From Octopus bimaculoides (Eukaryota), in assembly GCF_001194135.2 (NCBI RefSeq), contig NC_068995.1, positions 30,932,617-30,996,616 of the forward strand: a stretch of 64,000 nucleotides of DNA, given 5' to 3'. Each line of letters begins with the position of its first letter. Position 1 is the stretch's first letter. The notes below the pieces were generated by a model, which worked only from the letters and a program-made list of their open reading frames with translations, had not been told where the DNA came from and searched no databases. The position numbers and the translations under genes were made by a program. Positions 1 through 13,154 of this stretch are shown one piece after another.

Positions 1-370
1 GTCTTTCGTGGATGTTCTTCCGTTTTTGAAATGCCCGTTCCACTCGAAACATTGCATATGACCCATTGCCTCGTCACTGTAAGCTTGCCAATGTATGCTC
101 AATGTCTCTGCAGCAGACTTCCCAACTTTAACACAAGATTTGAATATACTCTCTGTTCCAACTTCTTGTCTATGACAAAAATCGCAGACTAAAGCCTACA
201 TGTGATCACAAAAACACAAATTTTATAACTTGTGAAGTAAATACAGTGATGTCACTCGGCACACTGCCTCATGAAGGTCACTGCTAGCTCTCACTGCACA
301 TGTAACCTTGTGCTGCCATCTATTGGCATGCTACAGAACTAGTCTAGGAACCTTTTGATACCACCTCATG
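1..370 (-). mobile_element. Mariner/Tc1 transposon 5' end, decayed, running off the window edge
   Basis: The minus strand starts TACATGAGGTGGTATCAAAAGGTTCC, a mariner-like terminus. It then encodes a mariner HTH-like peptide (..VKVGKSAAETLSI..QAYSDEAMGHMQCFEWNGHFKNGRTS..). Confidence 0.7.
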
Positions 371-382
371 TATATATATATT

Positions 383-416
<34 letters not shown>

Positions 417-1129
417 CACACATGCTTGATAATATTTGAAAGATAAGAAAGCTGTAAATAAAGGTATCAAAAGAAAAAAAGTAACCCAGCAACTTTTCTT
501 TTTGAGGAGGGCTTGGTGGAAGATACAGCATTTGTGCCACCACCCAACAGAGAAGAGCAATGGTTTAATCATCAGTAGAAAACATGAGTGAAATATGACT
601 CCAGCTGGTCATTGCATATTGTTAATTCACATTTTTACTGAGTATTTTACAAACATTATATAACATTAACATTTACTATCATGTAGTAGTAGTAGTAGTA
701 GTTTAACCCCAAATCACCCTCAATTGTGAAAACTTATCAAAAAATCTTGTCCGTAAACTACTCATCTACTTGAGGTTCACTTGGACTATATTTTGTAATA
801 TGGCCTTCTTTGTATGAGATGGTTGGATGTTACTTGGGGAAGATTTGGCTATTGTTTCTAACAGGTTGAATGGCAACATTATTGACTCATATTTACTGCT
901 ATGTTTTGTATACTTAGCTTACTATAGAGATTGCACATTGGTCAGCAAGTGATTTTTAGAGGGGAATGTAAGTTTAAAAACTGGTTTAACATTAGGAAAA
1001 GAGTTTGACAAAGGTATGTTTTTTTCTCTTGTCTGCTTTAATCTGAAAAGTTGATACAGAGATAAGCAGATGATCTTGGCAGGATAGGTGTATGGATCAA
1101 CAGCTAGTAGTTAAATAAACTTCATTACA

Positions 1130-1342
1130 CACTTGAGCAGATTATTCTCTCAAATCTAACACTTATTTATTCACATTGTTTTGAATTTATCCTGCATTGT
1201 CTTGTTGCCTTGAAATTTTGATTACGTGGCTGTATATTTTTTAGACTAACATTGTTGGGTAGATGTGAAAGGCAGGATCTGGCCAATTTGAACATATAAT
1301 AGAATATTTTGGTTGGATATGGCTGGTTTAAATGCTAAAGGG
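1130..1342. mobile_element. piggyBac-type MITE, degenerate copy
   Basis: Internal sequence matches the copies at 14900, 39819, 47336 and 50794. It ends in AATGCTAAAGGG. Confidence 0.6.
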
Positions 1343-2620
1343 ATATACATGTGCATGTATGTATAATGTACATACATGTATATANNNNNNNNNNATATAT
1401 ATTACTGATGTATATCCACAAAAGAAGTAAATTTGTGATAAGAAAACTGAAAAACCATTGCTCTTTGAGGTAAAGTCCTTTACTATACTTGTTCCATGCT
1501 GTATTACAGTTACTCCCCTGTCACCATCAGATGGTTTGTTTTTAACCTGTAATTTGCTCTGCTTTTATTCACTCTTAGCAATATGAAAATAAAAACTATA
1601 CAAAAATAATATTTTTCAGGTTTTTGTTTTTCATTATAATTAGGTTTTCTTGGGTAAAAACAACAATGTCTTCCTTGTTTTTCTCTTTTAGTAGAATGAA
1701 AAATATTTCATGATTGAGTAGCATCAGTTGGTTTATTTTGAATGCTATATTGCTATATTTTCTGTGTAGAAAACTGTCAAAAGAAACAAGATATGAAGAA
1801 CCGTGTGTGTGTGTGTGTGTGCGTGTGATCTGCCTACAGGTTGTTGTAGGTGGGATTGGTGGTTGTGCTACTGGCAAAGAAAGAGCAAGTATCTGTTGTT
1901 GCATATAAAATATCTGACCTTCCAATAGTATTCTTGACGTCATTTCTTGCTTTTTCAAGAGGAAATAAATATTTCAATAAATGATATAATAACTTTGAGT
2001 GAAAGGAAGGTGTTTGTGCCATCCACGTTGCTGTGTTCAGAACATCATCGTCAATGAAAGCTGAGGATGAAATTAAGAATTGCATTTTATGCATGACAAG
2101 TTATTGTTGTCCTATTGCTGCTGATGATGATGATGATGATGATGATGGTGATGGTGATGGTGGTGGTGGTGGTGGTGGTGGTGGTGATGATGATGATTAT
2201 AGACATTACAGCTTTGACCTTCTCTGCTGCTTGGATACAGAGCTGGACTTTACTGTTATATCTTTGTTACCATAGTTACAAACCACAGGGAATATTATAT
2301 TTCATTATTTTGGGAATCTTTGAATTAAATAGAAACAGACTTAATTAAAGTCAGTGAGGGAGACAATTTGGTTATGTGATCTACTAGAAATAGCAGTCAA
2401 ATCTTTAATTGGATAATGTAGTTCTAGATTCACTATATCTGAAAAGATGTTTAATCTGTCTTTATTTTATTATGAAATCCAGCAAAATCTCTGAAATAGT
2501 TTAGTTGTAAAGTAGTTTGATATTAGTCAGTGGTGGGAGATAGAGCTGTTGTTTTTAATTAAAATTTAGATACAAGATGGTTGGGGTGGGTTGGGGAGAG
2601 GGTTGGTAGTTTAAATATAC

Positions 2621-2664
<44 letters not shown>

Positions 2665-2835
2665 ATCATCATCATCATCATCATTCTTTAACATCCATTT
2701 TCCAATGGGTTGGGTGGCTTGACCAGAGCTGGCAAGCTGCAGAGCCGCACCAGTTTGCTTTCTCCAGTTGGATGCCCTTCTTAACACCAACCACTTTACA
2801 GTATGCTGTGTGCTTTTTACGTGGCTTTTTGTAAC
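2665..2835 (-). mobile_element. (GAT)n-tailed retroposon 3' end, old copy
   Basis: (CAT)n is followed by ..GGATGCCCTTC.., the reverse complement of the family tail at 20790-21017. Confidence 0.6.
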
Positions 2836-3299
2836 TTTATATAATGCACACATACAAGTACATATGCATATATTAATCATCTTAAGTTGACTGGGACTCC
2901 CAAGTTTCACCTCAATGGCATCATCAGCCTATTGTTTGGGGAAATTATAGAAATGTAGCTAGAACTCCCAGTGAACTGGACTAAAAACAACAAGAATTAT
3001 ATCTACCAACAGTAATTTTGCTTTATTAATGTTTGTCATAAAAACAACTGCGAAATGGTCTGGATTGGATTAACAGATTACATGGTAGGAATGTGGAGCA
3101 ACCAAATATATATATAAACAGAGTTGTGTAGTGAGGAAATATGCTTTGTCTTGTAGTCCAGGGTTCAATTTCACTGTACAGCTCCCTGAGCAAGTGCCTT
3201 TTACTATAGCCTACTGTTGACCAATATCCTGTGAGTGGAATTGGAAGGAAATTGTGAAAAAGCCTGTTGTATGTATGTATGTATGTATGTATGTATGTA

Positions 3300-3349
<50 letters not shown>

Positions 3350-3429
3350 NNNNNNNNNNTCTTATATATATTACAAACACACGTCATATCATCATAGCCG
3401 CACCCTTGTTACACAAGAAAAGCCATTGC

Positions 3430-4137
3430 CAAAAAGACTTACTGAAATGATTCATTATTAATGCTATGTGATGCCCTTATATGACTTTTAAGCCCAGCCA
3501 AACTTTTACACATTTTATTACATACTGCACAACTGTGCTGGTTGGCAGGAGAAATAGGTGTCACTATATGCACTCTCTTAACTTGACTTTTCAGACCTCC
3601 AGATGAGAGGCACACCCTTCCACATTTTACATATGTTCTGTTGTGAATTTTAATAGCTACATCACTGTTTATCATGGGTTGATTCCTGTGAGATTTTTGA
3701 TGGCTCAAACACCTCCTCCCACAAACCACACACACGAAAAACAACACTCTCTCATTTTCCACAGGTTCCCTCCTTCTAAGCCCCCTCCTAATTCTCTCAT
3801 ACTTCACTCTATGCTCTTAAACCTTGAACAACCTGCAGTCTTGTGCCTCCCTCTCCCAATCACCAGCTGTAATTTCTGTCTGTATTAGAGCATTTTTAAG
3901 GCAATCCTTAAACCTTAGTTTAGGCTTGTGCGCTGGCCTCCTGCCATCTTCCAACTCACCATACTGTAACTGCTTGGACAGTCACTCATCACTCATCCTT
4001 ACCAAATGTCCCTCTCCTTACCTCAAATGTCTTTGCAAAATCATTGACTCTATACTTTTACTGCCACTCCACATTACTAATGGCCATTTTCCAGTTTATC
4101 CCCCAAATTTTTCTCAGACAGTACTGATGGTATAGGA
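3430..4137 (-). mobile_element. RTE-clade LINE 3' fragment (ORF2 C-terminus with zinc-finger-like motifs)
   Basis: Minus-strand peptides HQYCLRKIWGINW, GHLVRMSD..QLQYGELEDGRRPAHKPKLRFKDCLK, CGRVCLSSGGLKS and CAVCNKMCKSLAGLKSH. Frameshifted. Confidence 0.8.
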
Positions 4138-4415
4138 CAACAGAAAACTGTTCAATAATAAAAGACTGTGCCAAAACAAAAATTCTGCATTCTCACCTCA
4201 TTGAGTTCCTGTATGCAGATGATTGTGACCTGTTGGCACATTCCCAGAAAGATATGTAGCACATGCTGAATGCAATTTCTGCAGCATGTCCTGCATTGTG
4301 TCTAATGATCAATCTAAAAAGAGCTGTTATAATGTACCAGCCTGTTCCCTCCAAGATGTATGTGGAACCTTTTATAACTCTGAATGGTCAAAGGTTGGAG
4401 ACTGTGCCTAGATTT
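4138..4415 (+). mobile_element. RTE-clade LINE reverse transcriptase fragment, inverted relative to the adjacent piece
   Basis: Plus-strand peptide ..EFLYADDCDLLAHSQKDM*HMLNAISAAC..INLKRAVIMYQP..LNGQRLETVPRFIY, which includes the YADD motif. Confidence 0.8.
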
Positions 4416-5307
4416 ATTTATATATACATACACACATACACACATACATACATACATACATACATACATACATACATACATACACATCAGTGAGAAAACT
4501 GAAAAACTTGTTCTTTACAAATTAAGTCCACTGAAATAGTTGTTCTGTTGTAAGTTACAAATATTTCCATGTTTGTTGTTGTTAGAAGTGCAGTGAACCA
4601 GTGAGTGTACTCTAACAAATGGTTTGTGTGTGTGTGGAGTTGTTCTTTGCTAGCGATTAATTTTAATAACTAGAAATGTTATTTGTAAAGCATGTGGCAT
4701 AGCTTCTATCTAAATAAACACACAAATAGTTTTGAAAGATAACATGTCACACAACTATATTTCCACTCGAGAGTAAATTGGGACAAGTAGAAATTACAAA
4801 CAAAAACTAAGCAAGAGAAAAGTGGTAATGGTCATGTAATTTAGAACAATAATCAACCTCTCTATTCATGCCCATCCCCCCCCCCAGACTACATTGTCTA
4901 GTGTGTCATACATTTTGATTTGAAGAAGTTATGACTAGTGTTTCCAACAGAATATACAGCAACTGTCTCAGCTTCTAATACAAGAAAACAGTTTCCTACA
5001 GATTGTATGGTTGTTAGAGAGAGAGAGCAATAATGACGCGTTATGCTTAGTGTTGTTATATCATCAAAGACTGACAATCTATGTTTACGTGTACCAGATG
5101 TGTGTCAACAAATTCTGTTCATTCTCTTTCCAGGTTTTCTTTTAACTAGTGTTCAGCCTATGGAGTAAAGTATTAGTTTCTGTTTTTGATGTCAGATTAT
5201 GAAGATGATATTGCTATGAGAGGCAGCAGCTGTTTCAAATAATGCAGTGTGTGTGTGTGTGTCTGTCTATCTACTTACCTATCTACCTACCTTTCTCTTT
5301 CTTTCTA

Positions 5308-5700
5308 GGTGTGGATGTAGAGTAAGAAGCTTGCTTCCCCACCACATTGTTTCAGATTCAGTCCCACTGTTGGCACCTTGTGCAAATGTCTCCTACTGTG
5401 GCTCTAGGCCAACCAAAGCCTTGTGAGTGGATTTGTTGAATGGAAACAGAAAGAAGCCTCTCATACATATATGTGTGTGTGTGTGTAGATGTGTTTGTTT
5501 GTCATCCACTTTTGCTTGATAACTGATGTCGGTTTGTTTACATCCTTGTAACATAGTGGTTTAACAAAAGAGACTGATAGAATAAATGCTAGGCTTTAAA
5601 AGAAAATAAACACCAGGGCTGGTTTGTTCAACTAAACCCTTCAAGGTGGTGCACAAGCATGGCTGCAGTCCAATGATTGAAAGAAGTAAAAGATAAAAGA
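5308..5700 (+). mobile_element. tRNA-headed SINE, family A
   Basis: The head has a B-box-like GATTCAGTCCC followed by CACCTTGTGCAAATGTC. The body matches many other copies in the window, and the tail is AAGTAAAAG. Confidence 0.8.
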
Positions 5701-5714
5701 CATCTCCAAAGGTG

Positions 5715-6952
5715 GGATGACTATGAAAGAGTGATACTAGAGCTGTGAAATCTTGCATGCAATAATTTCAACTCTTCTCATTAATAACTGTATTGTTTCT
5801 TTCCAGGTATACTAACATCTGACTGTTCAAAGAAGACTTCAAAATTAACTAGTAGTCTTGAAAATGGACAAAATTTCGCATTGTGGTGTTATCAAGTACC
5901 TGCAGAAAAAGGGTTTAGCACACAAAGGCATTCCTGCTGATATGGTTGCTACATTAGGGAATGGTACTCCAGCTTTATCAACAGTGCAAAAGTAGGCAGC
6001 TGAATTTAGGAGGGGAATGGAAAGTCTTGAAGATGACCCAAGGTTGGATGTCCTGTGACAGCCACCATTGAGGAAAACATCAATCATGTTCACTACATGG
6101 TGATGGATGACAAGCAAATGAGTATAAATCAAATAGTCAATGCTATTAGCATATCCTGTGAGAGAGAATTGAGAATATTCTGCACAATGAACTTGGCATG
6201 ACAAAAGTCTCTGCTCACTGAGTGCCACATCTTGTGACACCTGATCAAAAGAGCATCAGGTTGATAACATTTTGGAAAAATCTGACATTGTTTGATGCAG
6301 ATGCATTTGGTTTCCTTGAACATTTCCTAACCCAGGATGAGTGTTGGGTTCATCACTTAGAGTCAGAGAGAAAGAGATAATCCATGCAGTGGACACACCT
6401 TCTCTGAAGAAAACCAAGGTCATTTCATCTGCAGAGAAGGTGATGGCCTCAGTTTTGGGGGATGCAAAAAACATTGCGTTTATTGACTATCTTCAAGTGT
6501 GCTACATCATCAATATTATATAACTTACTGAGGCAATTATGAAAAGCTATCAAGATCAGATACCCAGGAAAACTGAGTCTCATTTCACCAGGACAATGCT
6601 CCAGCACACAAGTCACTGGTTTCAATGGATGTGGTATGTGGCTGGCTTTAAACTGGTTGATCACCATCCCTATTCTCCTGATTTGGTCCCATCTGATTAT
6701 CATCTGTTCCCTAACATGAAAGACACTTGGCTGGGAACCAATATTGCAGTGATAATGATGTCATATCTGGTGTTAATGACTTTTTTTACCAACAGGATGA
6801 AAGCTTCTTCACCAATGGGGATCCAAGCACTGCAACACTGATGGAAGAAGTGTGTGGACTGCAAAGGGGACTATGTTGCAAAATAAACCACATTTGGTCA
6901 CGTACCATAAGAGTATCTTAGTCAGCCTATGAACTTTCAGCCAACCCTCATA
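5715..6952 (+). mobile_element. Mariner transposon with a dead transposase
   Basis: The ORF remnant at 5864-6886 reads MDKISHCGVIKYLQKKG..EFRRG..LEDDPR, QDECWVHH, HQDNAPAH and HHPYSPDLVPSDYHLFPNMK, with stops and frameshifts. The 3' terminus is GAACTTTCAGCCAACCCTCATA. Confidence 0.9.
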
Positions 6953-7094
6953 TATCTACATTTTTATATATCTGCATTTATATCTGTCTGTCTGTCTAAG
7001 AAACCTATTCTGCTCTGGCCATTTTCTCTTGTACTTTACTCCTTCCTACTTCACATCCCCTAAAATGAAGTTGCTCTTCATGGGGTTTGTAATT

Positions 7095-7280
7095 TTGCTA
7101 GCTGTATGAACCTCACTGGTGCTGGTGGTGTGAAAAAAAGTACCCAGTACAATGGTTGATGTTAGGTAGGGCATCCAGCTAATACAGACACTAAAACATG
7201 ATGCAGTCCTCGGGCCCATTGGATCCTGTCAAACTGTCCAATCTTTGCCAGCATGGAACATGGATGCTAATTGATGATAT
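7095..7280 (+). mobile_element. (GAT)n-tailed retroposon 3' end, old copy
   Basis: GGGCATCCAGCT..GCCAGCATGGAA..GATGAT matches the family at 20790. Confidence 0.6.
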
Positions 7281-7285
7281 TTATG

Positions 7286-7323
<38 letters not shown>

Positions 7324-7326
<3 letters not shown>

Positions 7327-7520
7327 TGGGTTGGTGCATAATTATTGCAGCTTTTTTTCATCAAATTTTATTCAACAATAACAATATTTAACAAAAACAT
7401 CTTTAAATGACGGTCTGACCGTCTGCCAAGCAAATGGGAAGCAGTAATTGAAGTAGATGGTGAATATGCTCTGGAATAATCATTTAAAGATGCTTTTCTT
7501 ACATGTTATTGTTTTTGTTG
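7324..7520 (+). mobile_element. Mariner-derived internally deleted element/MITE, cut by an N gap
   Basis: It starts TA-TTGGGTTGGTGCATAATTATTGC. Internal inverted repeats (CATCTTTAAATGA / TCATTTAAAGATG) surround a transposase C-terminal remnant, RLPSKWEAVIEVDGEY. Confidence 0.65.
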
Positions 7521-7885
7521 NNNNNNNNNNNNNNNNNNNNNNNNNNNNNNNNNNNNNNNNNNNNNNNNNNNNNNNNNNNNNNNNNNNNNNNNNNNNNNNN
7601 NNNNNNNNNNNNNNNNNNNNNNNNNNNNNNNNNNNNNNNNNNNNNNNNNNNNNNNNNNNNNNNNNNNNNNNNNNNNNNNNNNNNNTATATATATATATAT
7701 ATATATGAGCTGTTTTCCAATGCTTGCATAGGTCCAAACTCCTGGGATCAATCTCCACCTCATCTCCTTGTGTCTTCCTTGGCTTTCCATTTTTGGAGCT
7801 TCCTATCTCTTAAATAACTTGGCACTTTACCCAATCATCCTCTATACATGTTCATACTAGTGGAGTTTCGTCCCTTGTAGACACA

Positions 7886-7928
<43 letters not shown>

Positions 7929-8489
7929 TACACACATGCTGTGCTAGGTTCTTGATGGGAAATAGTATTCTGAAATTTGGCAGACGTTCTATGTTAGGCA
8001 CAGAATTAACTCCCTTTGATCCAGTCATGCCATTGTTTTCCCCAAACTATTGCTTAACTGAAATAAATATTATTTATGTAAACACACAAATAAAGAGTTA
8101 AATACTAATCGAAATATATGTCAAATACAGGATTTTCTTACTTCTGCTCCATTTCAGCATACACATATACATTATGCATGCATTCATTCATCCATACATA
8201 ACATAACACATTAACAGTGTTTTACATGATTTTTCTTTCATATTTGCTCAGAAGTGTTGGTTGCATTTATTGTAACAATTGTTTTTATATTTAGTTGCTA
8301 TTTCTATTGCTTAACCCTGTGAAGTAGAGGCAAACTGAGCAAAGTTCACACTAGAGTGGCTAGAATAATATTTGAACTTATGATCATGTGGTTTGTAGTC
8401 CTTCACACCTTAATTGTACATTTACTGTTTCCCATTTCGCTTTGTCTCTCTAATCATTATCTGTCCTGATGAAAATATGAAAAAATACT

Positions 8490-8775
8490 CTACACTTTGT
8501 GTACAAATTATACACTGCTATGGTGCACTTGTCTTCACAGTACAAAATTTGTCTAGCAAGTAGAGCATTTGTTTTCACTGTACAAGTCTGCACTGCAGTG
8601 GTACATCTATCATGTATACATGGACTGTGTACAAGTCTGCACTATAGTAGTGCATCTGTCTTCATAGTGCCTTCACAGTTCAAGACATGCACTAAAGTGA
8701 TACAGTTATCACATACACACAGACTGTGCATAAGTATGCACTGTAGTGATGTAGCCATCCTGTACACACATTCTA
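8490..8775. repeat. Degenerate minisatellite, unit about 40 bp
   Basis: Repeated TGTACAAGTCTGCACT(A/G)(T/C)AGT(A/G)GT.CATCT variants. Confidence 0.65.
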
Positions 8776-11029
8776 GATGATACTTTTTCCCAACAATTTC
8801 TTATACAACAAACTATTCCCATCTGTTTTTTCTACTAACACAGTCTCTGTTTTCCTAGATTTGTCTATTCTGTACTACATCCATCTAAATTGTTTGATAT
8901 ATCCATCTGGCACCCATCAGTTCCTGCTATGAACCCTTCCCAGAATAATTGCTTGTCATGTAACCCAATCTTTCCTCCTCAGAACTGCATATCTCACTGG
9001 AGCTCTTTCTCTCCTCATATTATACATCATCAACTAATATTCTGCTGAAATTCAAAGTGGAAATATTGGTTATATCATTGTCACCAAGTTATCCATTCAA
9101 ATAATACCTCTTCATACTTTGACACCTGCCCCATATTTTTGGATTGATTAAACAGGAGAGAAATTATTTTGTTGCTAATTTTTCATTGTGTCACATAACT
9201 TCAGTTTAAAACTAGCTGCATTATATGAAATTTAGTTGTGTTTATCTAGCATCATATCCCAGGGTATGTTTGTTTCATATTCATTTTAAGATTCTGGAGC
9301 ATCCACCTTTTGTTTTAAGTTTTAACTGTTTTTGTATAACCACAGATCCGCTCTAATTGAATTAATCGCAATATCCAAAGAGCCCTCCCTTTACTATGAT
9401 AGTAAGGTAGAGTTTTCAGGAAAAGTTGGCTGCTCTTTCTAGATGGTTGAACAAAGGGTTAACTTGTATGTTGAGCTGCATGATAGTTATTAGTTCTTCT
9501 TGAATAAATCTTTTGATGTAAGGGGCTCCTCAAATGCCAGTCTATTCTTCATTTCATGATACAGCCACATATATCTCTTCAGTTTGATTCCAATCTAATT
9601 CTTACCAGCACAGGTCATGAATAATTCTAACGAATCTTTTTAGTGTAAAGCAGAAACAAATCAACCAACAGAATCCCAACAAAATGCAACTTTGATGACT
9701 GAACTTCAATGTCTGTTTAGTTACATTTGACAAGCATTTACTGCCAAAGAAACTTTGTTGATAATTTTCTAATATATGGTAGTCTGCATCTTGTTAGGAA
9801 TTCTGTCATTAATTTTGGAGTCATTATAGTGAAATCTAGGTTTCACTGAGGGTTTTCACAATTATCTCTTTTCTTCATCACATAATTATTTCTGATAAAC
9901 TTTTAAATTCTCACTATATTAACATGTAAATTAAAAGGATTTCTCAAATGTTACTTGATATGTTTGGTGAATTATCAATTTAAGTGTAAAATAACTAGTT
10001 TTAGAAATCTAAGAATATCTTCCTATTTGAAGAAAAAATGAAAAGTTTTTTGTTCCTATTTGTGATTAAGAGTACAATAGAGCATTAAGTACTTTATGAG
10101 ATCTTGACAAACCAGTAGAGGAAATTTACAACAAAGTTTTGTTTTCTTCATTGAAATTGTCTCATTGTCCTTAGAGAGCATTTTAACAGGAAAACTTTCA
10201 TTGCCTTTTTCTGCCAGAGAAGGCAAGGATGTCATGAAACCTCCCCACTACTTTGCACACATTGTATTGGAATGAATTATATATAAAAGGAAATGTGATT
10301 CCTTGATGAGCTAAGTGGATGGGGACACATGCACACATATGTGCATGCGTGCACACACACACGTGTGCATGAAAATAACCTAGATAGTTTCCTTTACAAT
10401 TCTTTTTGTACCAATTTTTTATGTCTCTTATATTTTATTCTAAAACAAGACCCTATTTCCTTCAAAATCAAAACCCCTATTTCTTCTAACATAGGATCCT
10501 GTTTTTATTTGTGTCTGGCAGTGCACTTCCATTGTAACAATGTCAAAAAAAGGAAAAGTAAATAAAAATGGGTGCATGGATGCAGATTTCTAAAATTGTT
10601 AAAAATTAATTAAAAACTGACTCAACATGGAAAATGTTAGTTTTCCATCGTTAATTTTTCCAATCTTATTGATATTTTTCCTTTTGGTAATCACTTAACT
10701 ATACTTTTGACTTTATTTATTTGTATGTATCCTGTTAGGTGCAATTTAACCAGAATAATGCCATTGGTTGACAATTACTGGTTCACTGAATTTGTGAGGC
10801 AAAGTGACGAGAGTGTGTCTAAGCAATTTGGATAGAATAAATGCTGCAACATATTTGGGATTGATTGCTTAGATTTATTATCAATTGAATTTGTTCTGCT
10901 TGAGTACAGCCCATAGTTAACTTACGATCTCTACCTGCTGTCTCAACAAATAAACTGGATTTCAACTGGGGTGATATTATAAATGAGTTTACTGTATCAG
11001 AACAATGTGTTAATTGTTAAGTGATAGAC

Positions 11030-11400
11030 ACAAGTGTTCCATACCACATGGTTCTGGATTCATCCCCACTGCATGCCACCTTGGGCAAGTGCCTTCTACT
11101 ACAGCCTTGGATTTGGCTGACAGAAACTGAAAGAAGCCCAACACACACACACACACACACACACACACGCGTGTGTGTTTTTGTGTCTGTGTTTGTATTC
11201 CACCACTGCTTGACAACAGGCGTTGGTGTGTTTAGATCCTCATAACATAGCAGTTCAACAAAAGAGACCATAGAACAAGTGCCAGGCTTACAAAAAGAAA
11301 AAAAGAAAGATAAGTACTGGGGTTGATTTGTTTGACTAAAATTCTTCCTAGCTGTTGCCCCAGCATGGCTGCAGTCTGGTGACTGAAACAAGTAAAAGAT
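11030..11400 (+). mobile_element. SINE family A
   Basis: GCCACCTTGGGCAAGTGCCTTCTAC..GAAACTGAAAGAAGCCC..CCAGCATGGCTGCAGTC..GACTGAAACAAGTAAAAG. Confidence 0.85.
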
Positions 11401-11837
11401 TATTGAATGTAGAGAGACTCAAATGGTTAATTAGAAATAATTAATTGGTGAAACAGATGGACAATTAAGTTAGTGTTATTAACAAATTAAATGAAGGGAG
11501 TATTATGTGGTGAGATAAGATAGTGTTAGTCATTGACTGATATTGTTTTAATCACACTAAAGTTAACTTCCCCTTTCACAGTACCAGTCACATACATGGG
11601 GTCAATATAATTGTTTTAACATGTGGGAAACAACTTTGGTTATTTTTTCAGTCTTATTGAATTTCGTTCATTTTGCTACCCCAGTCAGTTTATGGCAGTT
11701 TGGTAGATGGTTGTAGAGTAGACATGCTGATGTGTTGTTAAGTCAACCCTGAATGAGCAGACCTATGATCAGTGATATTCCACACATGACCACCTCATAT
11801 TTTATTTAAGTGTACATTAGACTACATAATCCAGTAT

Positions 11838-12225
11838 CTTTTTATCTTTTATTTGTTTCAGTCATTAGACTGTGGTCATGCTGGGGCACTGCCTTGAAGA
11901 ATTTTTAGCTGAATGAATTTACTCCAAGGTGTTATTTTTTTCTTTTAAAGCCTGGTACTTATTCTATTAGTTTCTTTTTGCTGAACTGCTAAGTTATGGT
12001 GATGTAAACACTACCACCAGTTGTCAAGCAGTGATGGGGGACAAACACAGACACAAAGACACACACACACATACGATGGGCTTCTTTCAGTTTCTCTCTA
12101 CCAAATCCACCCAAGGCTTTAGTTGGCTCGAGGCTATAGTAGAAGACATTTGCCCAAGGTGCCACACAGTGGGACTGAGCCTAGAAGCATGTGGTAGGGA
12201 AGCAAGCTTCTTGTCACACAGCCAT
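11838..12225 (-). mobile_element. SINE family A, full length, reverse orientation
   Basis: Reverse complement of the family A consensus seen in this window. Confidence 0.85.
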
Positions 12226-12903
12226 CTTAAGTGTGGTGTAGTTTAAGAGAGATTTCATTGCTATCTCTAGCAGATTGAGCAACCTAGTTGGAGGTTGGAA
12301 CAGAAGGATTTACACTAATTGTCTTCATTTACTAATTACTAGCAACTACCTCATTAGATATGATAGGCTTAATTACTGGCAACTACTTTATTATATATGA
12401 TTATCTTAATTACAAGAGTTACTTCATTAAATATGATCATTTTAATTAGTGGTGATTTCCACATGAAATATACTTGTGAATCTTAACAGCTCCTAAGCCT
12501 TCCACCAAAAAGTGTGGTGGGTGGCCAGAGGAGCTTTTAGGGGTTGCTTAAATTTTTCTGTAGTTTTGAAATTTAAAGAATTAAGTAAGCCTGGTTGAAA
12601 ATGCAACAAGAAATGCATATAAATTATTCTAGCACGAATCCTTTAAACTATTTGTCCAGTGCAAATGCACTTGGTTATTGTTATTAAGCTGCAGACCAAT
12701 CTGAATGGAGTTGACATGATTTATTGTAAAGGGGAATCACTAAAGGGAAATAACTCAAAGTTCTTTCAGATTGCGACTGTTTGCTTGGTGTCTTTGAACT
12801 CAGTCTAGAAGTTAAGAATAATCCAGTTATTTCCAATAAGCTGTTTTTATATCTTATTTTACTTCACCATTCCATTTATTTTCCTTTTTCATGTATTTTT
12901 CAG

Positions 12904-12936
12904 ATGAAGGCTAAAAATTATGAAAGAGTTGAAAAA
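12904..12936 (+). CDS. CSTF3: CstF-77 coding exon 1 of 18 in the window (MKAKNYERVEK); an internal exon, so the ATG is not the start codon
   Basis: tttttcag|ATG..AAA|gtaagt, 33 nt. Corresponds to human IKAKNYDKVEK. Confidence 0.93.
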
Positions 12937-13154
12937 GTAAGTAACTTTTCATTTTTCTATATTTGGGTTTGGTAAACAATTATAATATTCCTGGTTATAA
13001 GTTTCTGCCAGGTTAATCACTGGTTCCTTGTATTTACAATGGAATCACAACTGAATGTCTGTGTAATATATGTGGAACAAATACTGCACAGCTCTTTTTA
13101 TCTGAAGACATTAGGTTCTCAATTTACTTGTCAATATTTATACCTTTTGTAAAA

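Noticed and set aside
5790-5812. Recursive splice site-like TTTCTTTCCAG|GTATA in the long intron
   Set aside because: It lies within the mariner 5' region, the donor half is weak and there is no supporting evidence.
8490-8775. CRISPR-like array (also considered for 25420-26100, 38045-38210 and 51235-52550)
   Set aside because: The context is a eukaryotic intron or intergenic region, the repeats are diverged, there are no unique equal-length spacers and no cas genes.
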